From NCBI RefSeq assembly GCF_021028975.2, contig NC_059435.1, positions 38,192,001 to 38,256,000 on the forward strand: a stretch of DNA of 64,000 nt, given 5' to 3'. Position 1 is the first letter of the stretch, and each line of letters opens with the position of its first letter. A program made the position numbers and the translations under genes. The notes beneath the pieces are model-generated. The model was not told the origin of the DNA. It made no database searches and saw only the letters and a list, made by a program, of their open reading frames with translations. This DNA comes from Sphaerodactylus townsendi (Eukaryota). Of the stretch, positions 25,901-38,558 are shown piece by piece.

Positions 25901-25903
25901 ATA
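25690..25903 (+). mobile_element. L2-type 3' end with expanded (AAAT)n tail
   Basis: TGTGTAATCTACCT...CAGAAAGGGC followed by about 15 AAAT units (25844-25903). The 5' boundary is approximate. Confidence 0.6.
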
Positions 25904-27863
25904 CTAGTGCATAATAATAAGAACTGAGTGAGGGTTCAAAAAGATAACCTGAGAAATCACTAATAATGCTCCATTGGCTGCTGCTGCTTAAAATAAAAAT
26001 AAGACCTTAGTAATCAACACTAACATCTTATTTGTAAAAAAGGGATGATTTTAAGAGGGGCTAATTTTACCAATTTAAGTACTGTATTCTGACCTGAAAT
26101 CACCCTTCCCCATCAAGTACTGATAGCCAGGATCTGGCTTGTCCCGACTAGGATAGTCAACATTTTGAAGCTTCTCTAGGCATGGAGGTAAACGACTAAT
26201 TAAGCCTCTATTAAAGGATCAAGAAATTTTTTCTCCTTGCAGTTGGCAACCCTATATGCTATTTTAAAAAGGGCAGAAGAAGCTACAATGGAATGTCAAA
26301 CAAAGATTATGGCATGCTAAAAATAAGTAGAAGTTGTAAATATGTATCAGCAGAACATTCTCTGTGTGTGTGCAGTAACCATACTACAAGGCTTAAATTA
26401 GCCTAAACCACAAACTGCTTACTTAAATAAGTTGCTTTTACTTTACAATACCCATTGAAGACTTTTCTATTTTTAGGTTTCAAAAAGTTAGAACCATCAC
26501 ATATTTATGTTCACAGTATTTGCCTGTGCAGTGTTATCCAAATTAATAATGATTTAATTGCACAGGCAGGAAATCATGAGCAATTAATTAACAATTGTAT
26601 TATTCAGTGTTGGATTTTTTTATCAGTGGACAAAAAATTGGAATTAAAATTGGAATAAAGAAAGAAGCATTCTGTTTGGCATGTTAAAAATAAAGTAAGC
26701 TTTGAATTCAAAACAAATTAGTTTAAAAAACAATCTGTAAATCTAAACAAAATTAAAATGTGTATTTATTTATTTCAAAGATTATCTCCATAAACAAACA
26801 CAAAAAGCAAGCATGGTAATATTATAAGGAAAATGGTGGCGCTATGTTCGAAACCTCATGCAAAAGTTTGGGGATTTTTATTTTTAATCTCAAAAAATTA
26901 CAGATGGAAAGATTTTTCACCTCTGAAGAAGGCAAAGGGGCAGTTATCAGTGTATATAATGGTTCAGATAACACCAATAAAATATTTTGTTCCTTTTTCT
27001 TTTAAAAAAATCTTCATTAAATAGAAATTATATTATTATTATTTCCCCATTTTTTTCATGTTGAATTTTCAGAAAACAACTCCAGGTATGGATACATACA
27101 TTAATTATTGAATTTGTGTTCAAAATGTTATATTATATTATTGATCACTGAGGAAGACTGCAAGGGCTGGAGTTAGCTGGATGCTTATAGAAATACTGTT
27201 ATATCTGGGGTTGCTCCCCCCCTTTTTTTGCATCCATGGGGGCGATTATGTTAAATGGCTTCATTTGATTCAACAGTGACCAGCTACAAGGGCCCTGTGA
27301 CCCAGGAAGTTCTGCTGTGTCACTAGTGACCAACAAAGTCAAGCTTAAGCAAGTGGAAGAAGCCACTGAATCACATGCTCTCTCCTTCCATCTACCCCCT
27401 CCTAGTGTGACTTACCTTTAACTGTTATCTCTACCATTAACTCGCTGAGTTTGTATTGCTGATTAAGACTTCCACTTGATCAGGGTCTGAAGCTACTTTC
27501 ACATTTTGGTTGGGAGTGAACCACGTTTAATATTACTTTTAGCTGACATTTAGCACATACATAAAACCATTTATCGAAGGGAGACAAATAGAGAAAAGAA
27601 ACATAAATTAATCCGTTAGTTTTGTGTTCCTCTGTGATGCATGTATTGTGTGAACAAGTGGAAATTTAAACACTTTTACTCAAGTCAAAATATACAACCT
27701 TCTGAAACTGTGTGGTCTGGAAAGACAGGATGCTATGTTCATCCGACATTTCATAAAGCAAGATTTTCATGTGTGCTGACTGTCTCTTAGTGTAAATCAA
27801 TAGATTCCAGACCCATAAAAGAAAGAAGAGCACGGGCAGTAAAAGAAAGAAGCTAATTCTTCT

Positions 27864-28010
27864 NNNNNNNNNNNNNNNNNNNNNNNNNNNNNNNNNNNNN
27901 NNNNNNNNNNNNNNNNNNNNNNNNNNNNNNNNNNNNNNNNNNNNNNNNNNNNNNNNNNNNNNNNNNNNNNNNNNNNNNNNNNNNNNNNNNNNNNNNNNNN
28001 NNNNNNNNNN
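27864..28010. other. Assembly gap (147 N)
   Basis: Run of N. Confidence 1.
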
Positions 28011-29065
28011 GAGGACGACCATCCCAGATAGAATAATTCTTCTATAAGAATTCTTTTTGTCCAAAATGTTTAGAGTATATATCACCTAGAGTTTCAGAAG
28101 TATTAAGGTGCCTGTTGTTGAACAAATTCTGTGTATTGTTCCTAACAGTAGTAACTGGAGTAACTCTGCACTGTCTTAAAATTTATAGCTCTGTTGGCAT
28201 GATTACAAGACCAGTCTGCAACTATAATCTGGCAACTATACTACTGCAACTATACTACTGTAAACCCCACCACCAAACAAAATGTGTGAACCTTCACAAA
28301 CAGGAAAAATTAGTATGCTCAAGTAGCTGTGTGCAAATCATTTATCATCCATCGAGTTCCCTCCATATCTAAAATATAAAATGTACACATATGGAAATGA
28401 TACTGCAGTTCTACTTTTCTGGTACATATTTGACTGTTCTGAAGACATGAGAAGAAAACAGAATTCCCTTCTTGTATCAATGAAAGACTCTGCCGGTCTG
28501 TAACGTTTTCATGTTACTGCTGCAATTAGGTTCACCAATCAGTCTATGTATGTCATTATCCAAATCAATGACCAAAAGGCATAAGCCTTGTATGCCATCT
28601 GCTCAGCCCTTTGGGATTTTTCCCACTATCTGCTGAACTCATGTCCATAGACAACTGCATTAAGCCACAAATAGAAAATTCAAGAGGTAGAATCAGAAGA
28701 CCCAATTCTCTTCTCTGGTATCATATAAAGTTAACTTATCATAGTAAGGAAATTATAGCTTTACCAATGCAAGTAGGTAAAAGGTCAATCAGAAAACAGT
28801 TTTTACACATCATGTATGGGAATTGGTAATCTGGCCCAATGTACTTCAGCACAGATGTAAAACTGGATTACCTCTGATATTGGTTTGCAAAACAGGACCC
28901 AATCTCATGAATAGGTGCTTACTTCCCTCCTCTCTGCCTTACGATGGAACCAGGTCCACCTCCTGGGGGAAAGCCCAGCTGACGACCCCACAACAGGCCC
29001 CAATCGTGGACGTTAATATTTGCTCCCGCACAGGGCAGAGACATTCTAACCATCTCCAGCAAGCA

Positions 29066-29224
29066 GGCATGAATTTTCCAGTATCTGCTGATGGTCTAAC
29101 AACAAACCACATACAGAATCTTATTTATTTACTGGAATCTGTGGAAGATCCCTTAATTCAGGAACAAGTCCTGATTACACTGAGCAACAGTGCGGCCTTC
29201 TCTGTCAATCAGGATATAATTCGA
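29066..29224 (+). pseudogene. ARMC10-like (armadillo repeat, Arm_2-type) processed retrocopy fragment; may extend 5' to ~28920
   Basis: Translates GMNFPVSADGLTTNHIQNLIYLLESVEDPLIQEQVLITLSNSAAFSVNQDIIR, aligning by eye to ARMC10 as recalled (LQKLLYLLESTEDPVIIERALITLGNNAAFSVNQAIIR). There is no GT donor after NQ, and homology stops abruptly. Confidence 0.8.
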
Positions 29225-30245
29225 ATTCGAACCAGGATTATGTCTTTACCATGACTCTGTGTTTCTCTCTTATAAAGTATCTTGTTGGGTAGTACCATGG
29301 TAACATGTCAAGCATATTGCATGGGCAGAAAACAGCAGAAAACCCTGAAGCTAAACTATCCAGCAGACCAAATTTGGTGAAAGTACCTTAAATTGAAAAG
29401 TATCTTAAATTAATACACAAGCAAGATGTACAGCTCATATAACTTTAACCAGAGATGAGTTTCTTTTTGATTTGATGTAGCAAAATCAGCTCACCACTCT
29501 GGCAAGTCTGCCTATGCTCAAGAAACACTGCCTATGCTCAAGAAACAAAACAGAAGGTGATGCCCACAAAAGCAACGTAGAAATAGCGGTTTCAAATATG
29601 AGAGAAAGATTACTACCATAAAACCAGACTCTGGATACAACCAAGGCCTCTGTGCCTGGAATTAATTCATGGTTCTGATCTGTTTGGTCAGATTCTACCA
29701 TAAATCCCCTGATTGAAAGCTACCACTATCCTTTCAGGTAATATGTGGGACTTTTCCTGAACAATACTGTATCCAGCCAGGTGATCACACATTCTTCAGC
29801 CATACTTCTGTCCTCCTCTCTCTGTAATGTTGTCATTCCACAGTTCTTGTTTCTGACTTCCTGGAATACCCAACAAATGATCTGAGGTCTACTTTATCTT
29901 GGCTGTGGTTTCCTCTATGCTGGCTACTGTTACTGGATTTAAAAAAAAACACCTCTGGCTCTTGTTGACTTCACTCTCAGCTGTTTCCTGGCCTTTACTC
30001 CTCGTCTCATCAAAATACGGTGGCTGTGGGGCATGTACTTAACTATTTTTAAAAAACTTCTTGTTCAATCTCACTCCTATACTAATTTGAAAAACTGGTA
30101 GGACAATATTGAACCTATTATGATTATTAGTGTGGGCACATGGCTTCAAGTAAGACCCATAAATCTGACTTGGGTCAATTCCTAGCTAAAATCCCAGACC
30201 AGCCCACAAGATACTGCCTGTTTTCTTTTCCCCTACCTTCTACGG

Positions 30246-30316
30246 CAGTGGTGGAACCTATGGAACTCCAGATGTTCATGGACTACAATTCCCAGCAGCC
30301 CCTGCCAGCATGGCCA
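30246..30316. mobile_element. Left half of the palindromic hAT-type MITE
   Basis: CAGTGGTGGAACC...CCTGCCAGCATGGCCA, ending at the palindrome centre. Confidence 0.85.
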
Positions 30317-30644
30317 GTTTCCCCACTGCCTCCAGGACATCTGTCTGCTGTAGTTATGCCATGAGTTCGAATGTACAGATGGAAATGAAAATGACGGCAA
30401 GAGCAACAGATGCACAGCAGCAGTGAGTAGCACCAATAACCAACAAACCCAAGCATATGACTTAATAAAGACTCACATTCTTATTTAGGAGATGTAGTTT
30501 TGTATTACTCAATCTAGGGAGCAGAATGCCTAGCAGAACACGGATTGCCCTTCCCCAAAGATCTGACAAATTGCTCTCAATCAGAGGAGAGACAGGGGTT
30601 GGCGGTCACCTCCAATAATGACTGGTGATTTATGATTGAAAAAA

Positions 30645-32479
30645 TTTAATAAAAATAATAAGCTACGGTTAGGATTAAGTCAATGGCAGGGGCTCAGGCT
30701 TGCTTTAGTGTTATTTTGGGTTCTAGAGCGAAGTCTGAGAATAGGGATATAGTCAGTTTTTGGTTTTGGGGTTTGCTTACAATTGTGGGAACAATTTTTC
30801 ACTGAATAAATTAAATTAAAATAATAAGTTAGGGTTAGGGTTAAGGCAAGGGCAGGGGCTTTGGCTTGCCTTAGTGTTACGTGGAGTTCTAGGGCGCAGT
30901 CTGAGAATAGGGCTATGGTCAGTTTTAGGTTTTGGGTTTTTGTTACAATTTTGGGAACAATTTTTGACTGAATAAATTAAATAAAAATGGTCGTTTCCCC
31001 ACTTTAAAAAATAACGTTGAGCCAAACCGTGCTCCTTTGAATCGGTGCTTTTGAGCGCGAGGTCTGACTCCCCACCGCAGCTTGTCCCGTAGTCAACCTC
31101 GCGGCAGCCACAAGCTTCATGACATGCAGCATTCCCCACAACCGCGTGTTCTGTGGTCATCGGCAGGGCGCTTCTATGTCTTGATTGGCTGGAGCGCCGG
31201 TTTATGAGCGGAACGTGGTAAAAAAACCCTGAAATCGTTGACGAAACGTCGACACGCACAGTCATCATCGCAAATTGAACCAATGCCTTTTTTCTTTTTT
31301 TAAAAAAATTGTTTCTGATTGGCTGTTGTGCTGCGGCGCGAAAATTTGTGGAACACAGAAGTGCTCACTTTCCTTTCTCCTCCATTTCATGAGATGAATG
31401 TTCATGAGATGAAAGTTCTGAATGAACAATGAATGTTCTGAATGAACTGAACTGAATGAATGTTCTGAATGAACTATGAAAATACGCTGTGTCCGCGTGT
31501 GCTCGAAGCGACGTGCAGACAACTGATTTCCTGGTTAAAAAAATGGCAGAAGGAAATGCTGCATGCGCATCGCGCACACCCCATAGTGCCCTGATTGGTC
31601 CGCGTCACTATGTGCGGCAGGAAATTCAATCCCGCAGTGACCCCCGGCTTCCCCACTGCCTCGCTCTCCCCCGCAGTCGCTGCGGGGTTTTCAGAAATGT
31701 TGTTCAACCATCCAGGGGTCGAAATGATGCGCACTGAGGAGGATGGAGAGTGGCAGAGTCAGGGGCGCTGCGTTGCTGCCGCTCAGGTAGTGGGGAATGC
31801 AGCAGGCCCCCGGTTTATTTGCCGCAACTACCGCGCAACGAAAGGTGAGTGGGGAAACAACCAATAATAAATTAGGGTTAGGGTTAAGGCAAGAGCACGG
31901 ACTCAGTCTTGCCTTAGTGTTACGTTCAGTTCTAGGGCACAGTCTGAGAATAGGGCTATGTTCAGTTTTAGGTTTCAGGTTTTTGTTACAATGTAGGGAA
32001 CCATTTATGACTGAATAAATTAGATAACAATATAAAGTTAGGGTTAAGTCAAGGGCTGGGGCTCAGGCTTGCCTTAGTGTTACATTGAGTTCTAGAGCGC
32101 AGTCTGAGAATAGGGCTATGGTCAGTTTTAGATTTCGGGTTTTTCTTACAATTTTGGGAACAATTTATGAGTGAATAAATCAAATAAAAATAATAAGTTA
32201 GGGTTAAGTCAAGGGCTGGGGCTCAGGTTTGCCTTGGTGTTACGTTGAGTTCGAGGGCGCAGTCTGAGAATAGGGCTATGGTTAGTTGTAGGTTTTGGGT
32301 TTTTGTTACAATTTTGGGAACAATTTTTGACTGAATAAATAAAATAAAATAATAAGTTAGGGTTAACGCAAGGGCAGGGGCTCGGGCTTGCCTTACGTTG
32401 AGTTCTAGGGCGCAGTCCAAGAATAGGGCTATTCAGGTTTCGGGGTTTTGCCTTAACCCTTGCCCTTGCCTGAACCCTA
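30645..32479. repeat. Tandem array of six ~153-166 bp units containing TTAGGG motifs, interrupted by a transposon
   Basis: An anchor GTCTGAGAATAGGG (last copy variant) sits at 30733, 30899, 31942, 32102, 32262 and 32415. Units carry TTAGGGTTA(GGG). An inverted unit fragment lies at 32448-32479. Confidence 0.92.
30989..31862. mobile_element. CpG-rich PIF/Harbinger-type non-autonomous element, 874 bp
   Basis: TIRs GGTCGTTTCCCCACT / AGTGGGGAAACAACC; TSD AAT (30986-30988, 31863-31865). Removing 874+3 bp restores the 166-bp satellite period exactly (1043-877=166). Confidence 0.9.
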
Positions 32480-32979
32480 AAATTTGAGGATACAGGGGTT
32501 TGGATACAGGGATTGAATTGGGGCCGAAAGGAAAAACTGGGATGAGAGTGAATAGCCTACTTGTTACATACCAAACACTAAACACTAAAGCTACTGGGGT
32601 TGAAACTCAAAACTGTATTTCAATCACACACTACCATACACTATCCACACAAACACATACATATATATGCATGCAGACAGTCTAATATCCTAAGCGTAAT
32701 ATACACACAGGTTTACATATGCCTAACATCCTAAGCCTGAAATAAATACAGATATATGTATATATGTATGTGCGTGCGTGTTTCTTTCCCTGAGACCAAA
32801 ATCTTCCAAGTCCACAGGGTTAAACAAACAAGAAGTTAACTTTTATTCATGGCTTAAACACAACACTGGAATGATTCAGGTAGAAGAGTACAAGTTTTCT
32901 CTTTACTTGAATTTTTGAACCAAAGTTCTATTCAGGCATTCAGCACTGTTAATTAAAAACTGTTTTTCTTCCAGACAGT

Positions 32980-33120
32980 GGCCCCTTCCGCACATGCAGA
33001 ATAATGCGTTTTCAAACCACTTTCACAACTGTTTGCAAGTGGATTTTGCTATTCCACACAGCTTCAAAGAGCACTGAAAGCAGTTTGAAAGTACATTATT
33101 CTGCATGTGCGGAAGGAGCC
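32980..33120 (+). mobile_element. 141-bp PIF/Harbinger-type MITE, copy 3
   Basis: Same TIRs; TSD AGT (32977-32979, 33121-33123). Confidence 0.93.
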
Positions 33121-34079
33121 AGTGTCAGGCTGTTGTTCTGCCACACACTGGCTTAACCTTCCAGCTTCTAACTCTTCTTCTAACTGAACTTACAGCTTTA
33201 ACTGTCAGCCTCTTATCAACATTCCCTCCCAATGATCCTTCTTAAAGACAGGCAGAAATTAACCTGTCTATCACAACATGGCTACACATGTTGACAGTAC
33301 TAAGCCACAATTTGATGAGCTCGACAGTGGACTCCTTATTAGTGCTTTCCTCTGTGCCTATGAATGAAACCATATTTTATTACAGTGATCTCATTTCTAA
33401 CTCAACAATAACAGAAAAAAGAGAGACTTTGTTGCCACTACCACCACAGTACATTCTATCAGGAGGATTTCAATTCAGACTCAACAAAAGTCTACTCCAG
33501 TCTTTGCCTCAATGACTTCATAGCTCACAGCTTATAACTGACCCAAGGGTCCACCTGTCCTTAGAATCATGAATGATTACAAACTGCATTAATTAATATT
33601 CATATTCCAGAAACCCACTAGGCCAGTGACACTAAAAGCTAAATCCTTCAGAGGTTTGTTGAGTAGAATAGTTCATCTTTGGGTGCATGCAATACAAGTT
33701 GGTCTCCTATTCTTCCAAAGATTGCCCAAGTGCTTAGCAAATGCTTGGCAACTCCTGGCACAGATAAGACAATAATATGCTCTGCTGCGTAGGCTGGGAA
33801 AAATTACTGAGTTAAATCCAAATCAAACCATTTGGAGCTACATGTGTCCAGGTATTCTTAAAACTGAGATTCCTCACCTACACTGCCTTTTAAACCAAAT
33901 CAATGACTACTTTTGCCAGGCAGATAGACAGCACCCTAACAGAAAACCCAATACCTTTTTGGTCTTAACACATAGTTAAACATAGTCATACATGACATGG
34001 TATTCCTGGCCTCGGAGACATTATTTTTAAACCAATTTAACCTTTCTACATAAAGGCTAGAGCTATACCGAGTTTGTGA

Positions 34080-34280
34080 CAACACCTAGACCAAACTATC
34101 AGACCTCCTCCATACAAACAGGTCTCAGTAACACATACCAGATCAACAGCCTCATCCAGAATTACATCACATATAACTGCTGAATTGCTCATGTTTAACA
34201 AGCACTTAAGAAAAACCTGGGGAACTAATGGCAGAACCCCCAGTGTAATTGGGGCTGAGGAAGAGACAAGAAGAGACAAC
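34080..34280 (-). mobile_element. L2-type LINE endonuclease fragment
   Basis: ORF 34046-34279 contains VICDVILDEAVDLVCVTETCL, like the APE N-terminal DLxCxTETW motif. Confidence 0.65.
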
Positions 34281-37200
34281 GAATATGGGCTCCTTCATCC
34301 ACTTTACTTGTTTTTAACCGCATCAGGATTTCTAAGTTTATTCTATCCAAAGCACACTGGAAAACATAAGTACAGAATAAAGTATAAGCAAACCTACTAT
34401 AAATATAATGCAACAAGAGATAAGTAAGTAAAGGGCTTATTATTTTTTCTTTTTAGTACCTAATTTATCCACCAAACCTTTTTCAGTACCCAAAAAATCC
34501 ACCAAACTTTTCAACAAAGAATATTTGTATAATGTTTCATCATCCGCATGTGGCTTCTTGGTTGAATAAAACATCATTTGTTACTCATATTTTGTCTTCT
34601 ACAATATTGTAATGTGAAAGAAAACTGGCCAGCATTTAGCACATAAATTCAGTACAAGCTTGGAAATGCCCTTTTCTGTTGGTAGTTTCAATCACACTTC
34701 TCTCCAGTCTTCATCATTCAGAATGTTTCGGTGACGGCTGCTGAAGGGTCCTTTTGGCAGCTGTGAGATCAAATGTCCAGTTTAAAAATGTGTTTGTCTG
34801 TGGCTGCTTTCCCAGACTAATGTTTCTAAGCTTCTGGCTGCTTTCTTGCTATTCCATACACTTACTGCATGCAAGTCAAATAAATTCTAAACTAAAAAAC
34901 ATTTGATATTGGAGATTTCTCCTTCTTCAGTTCAGTCAGACTGGCTAGCAACCCTTGGTATATTAAATTAGCTACATAACACATGCAGAGGGATATGTTT
35001 TGAAATCATCACGGTCCGGTGCATCCTACCAAGCATACATGCATTCCACTTACGGTCTGAATTATGAGGATTAATATATGGTGGAGCCTAACTTGGGGTA
35101 ACGCTGGGATAGCCAACGATACTGATTCCATCTAAAATGTTGTGCTGTATTATGTTCAAAGCCAAGATTAAGTTATTTGAGTAAAATTGCTATAAATAAG
35201 CCTGAACTAAGCTGGCTACAGAACCAGGGGTGGGAGCGTCTGATTTCAAATATTCATAAGTTTGTTTTGTTTTAAATTTGCTTTAAAAACTGTTTTGACG
35301 TCCCAATCAAAAGTGACATACTCCTGTTAGGGTTCTATGAGGAGGAAATGTAAGTTGTCTTGATTAGGATTTGAAAGCTGTCCACTGCCCAATTTTATTT
35401 ATATATTTATTTATTTATTTGATTCCCAGGCCACACTTCCCCTCACAGGCTAGAAGTCCTTGCTCAGCCCTCTGTCCAAATAAACCAGACTCTATTGCTT
35501 CCGTAGACCATCCACAAGCTGCTATAATGAACGTATCTTCAGAGTATTATGGGAAGAGGAGGTAATGTGTGCCAGTACATAGCCTTTCTCATTCTTAACA
35601 GTAGTACGCACGTGATACGCACTATCTCTTTTATAATTCTTTCTTAATCTGTGCTTTCCACAAATTACGTGTCAAGACAGGATCTATTTTCTGAATAAAA
35701 TTTCATCTGCAATAAGAGGTACTACACATATTGTTTACTAAGATTGTTTTCTCAGGCCTATTAATTAGCTCACTAGTTTCAGTTGGATATATATCTGAGG
35801 AGGTAACTCGCTCATCATTCAGAAGATTCCCTGGAGACCACATGGTGATTGGTTGAAGAAGGTCAGAAGATACATGGCCTGTATTTTCTATAAAATGTAG
35901 TCTACCTTGCCAGATCTTCCTCTTTCCCAACCCTATCTCCCTGCACCATCCCTTGCACCTAAATTTGCCATATGCTACTTCTATTACAGACTTTGTTACT
36001 TGCTTTAGATTGAATTTGCCGGAGCTGCAAGTAGTTAAGACCTGCACTGAGGAAATTCTCTTCAGTAAGTTTATTTAGGAAGTCAGCTTTATTATTTTCT
36101 GTATGCTTGAACTCTCACTGAAACGATATTGAAAAATATTTCTCCATATTTCCTTTCTAATAAAGCTTTATTTTTCTTTGTGGTGTGTTGCTTGATAGTT
36201 CACTGGTCCAAATCCAAGTTAAGCTTAGTTATCACATAGAGGCTAGCTCAAGGGTCTCAGGTTCAAAAGAGGGCAACAAATCTCTCAGGCCAAGATGGAT
36301 CAGCCTTGACAATAAGCAGTACAACTTCATGACATATCATACTACCTCAACTACCTCAACAATATGGTTCCCCTATCACTTCATGTTTATTTGGTAATTA
36401 CTGCTCCATTATTCTTGCAGATTGTTGAGGGCAGCTTGCATATAGTTTCCAGATGGTTCCTCTTACAGACTGGGACCCGAGTTACAACAATTTTAGAAAT
36501 ATGACCACTTCATATGCCTTGACTCCATTCTTCTCAGCTTCTTGTGGATGGAACATCTACATTGGAGGCTTAATTTGGCTACATGGACTTTCTGCTTGGA
36601 CAGTTGAATCCAGGGACGTCTTATAACATACATCTAACACACTTTATCCCATGTGAGCCAGCCAACAGTGTCACCTTTTCCATACTTCTCTAGCCCCCAT
36701 GTGAACATCAGCCATGGCTGTCAGAACCAGCTGAAGTACATAATGTTCACAAGATCAAAACTACTCTAAAGTTCCTGTGGCTTGTCAAATCTCTGTGTGG
36801 GTTTTAAAGAACACTTGGCCTGACCCCTGGCCATATGAGTGAGTCAGAGAGAAAACAAGTCAGTGTCACTGGCCTTTAATATTTATTCAATACAACATAA
36901 AATCCCTGTTGTTCTTTATACAACAAATGCCTGCTTTGCAATTTCTTTCCCTTTTCTTTAAAGATCTTCTTAAAAATTGCTCCTCCCACCACACAACTTG
37001 AAGTCTTTATCTTCTCTGCCTTTCCTCTCTCTCTCTGCAGCTGTATTAGCTTGAACCCTTCATATCTTCCACCAATCTATTTCTCAGGTACATTATTATC
37101 TTTAGTTATATAAAGCGCTATACATGGTAACATAATAAATTATTTATGCTAGGGTTGTCATTTTAGAATTCAAAAGAGAAAAACAGAAAAAAATGTAATC

Positions 37201-38457
37201 ATGTTTGTAACAATTTGCTTTCCCTTTATGTTATGAGGCAGGTGCAAAGCAGCTGCCCTTTGTGTTTCCTACGGGATTCGGGAGACAAAACAGAGCACCT
37301 TGCCACACTTCTGGGAATTTGCTTCTGGCAAATGTGATGTTTATCAGAAGCTGGAAGGGGAAACAGGATGTACACAAACTTAAATGTATAGGTAGCCATT
37401 TTCTAGTACTGAATACAATTAATAGGTATCTCATCAAAATTGGCTATTGGGCTATAATCCCAGGTATGCTAATTTTGAAGTAAAAAACCCCCCAATGAAC
37501 TCAGCGAGACTTACTGCTAAATCACAAAAAAGCTGCAAGAAAGGGGAAGGGATGTTTGTGGAAACAACATTTAAAAATAAAAAATATATGCATCACAGTA
37601 CTTGAACCTTAAAAACAAATAATTTTTAAAAATGACAAAAACAAACCTCTGCTCTAAAATGTGTTAAATCAAATCTCTACTTCAGAAGAAAGCACAGCTG
37701 CAGCTAGCATTAACTTCAGAACTCCCCAAGCACTAAACATTTTACTTTGGAAATTATACCAAATACCAACATAGAGGGAAGACCACTACTGGCAAACATC
37801 GCAGCATTTCTCACCATTTCCACTCAATATAGGAAAGAAACAGGCCTAACATGTTGCAAAATACGAACACACACTTTTTTTTGTCCATAATCTCTCAGTT
37901 TATCTCTATACGTTAAGAATACAAATGTAGGAACTAGGCTTTACTGAATCAACAACAAAACCTGGGGGGGAAAGCCACATTCAGCTTTTTCGGGTTTCAT
38001 TCAGTCCCCAAAACAAGCCATGACAAAAACCCTAAGCCACATACTTTAAAAGCCCTTAAAAGCCAAATCTCTATTTAGCTTATCGGGTTTCAGCCATTTG
38101 AAGTTTAAATAGAGTCTTCCATAGAGGCTAGGAGTCCCTTTAAATTGGCTTGAAAAATTGTGTTGTTGTTTTTTTCAAACCAGTTAATTCCCGCCTCTTC
38201 CATCTTACTTACCTTTGCTGAGTGTCTGCTGGGCTTTCTGTTGGGGTCCGCGGGGCTGCTTAAAGCCCACCCTTCCTGCATTGCTGATGCAGGGTTGGCT
38301 GTAGTCACACTCTCTCCTCCTTCCCTGTCTGCATTCTGCATGCTTGTTGGTTCCCAGGGTAACAAATGGGAAAGCTCCCTGGAGATTCTCTCCCAGCCAA
38401 TAACTGGCATGTATTTCTATAGGGAACTATAATTCCCTGCAAAGTTTTTGCACATTT

Positions 38458-38558
38458 GAGGAGGGGGAGAGAGGGAGGGGAGGGGAGAGGGAGGAGGGTG
38501 AGGGGAGAGGGGGAGAGAAGAGGAGGGAGAGAGAGGGGGGAGGGGAGAGGGGGAGGAA
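38458..38558. repeat. GA-rich polypurine tract
   Basis: About 100 bp almost exclusively G/A with many G3-G5 runs. Confidence 0.9.

Noticed and set aside
27666-28085. 139-aa ORF
   Set aside because: Artefact spanning the N gap.
28823-29254. 143-aa ORF as a functional nested gene
   Set aside because: Only ~53 codons resemble ARMC10, the armadillo domain is cut off and no promoter or splice context is evident. Treated as a retrocopy fragment.
30816-31867. Cluster of ORFs or PLCL2 exon 1 in the CpG-rich patch
   Set aside because: No resemblance to the PLCL2 N-terminus or a transposase. The patch is bounded by TIRs and a TSD, and the ORFs reflect GC richness.
30645-32479. True telomere or CRISPR-like array
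   Set aside because: Hexamers occur only singly or in pairs within long units. The units are whole tandem repeats without unique spacers, and the context is eukaryotic.
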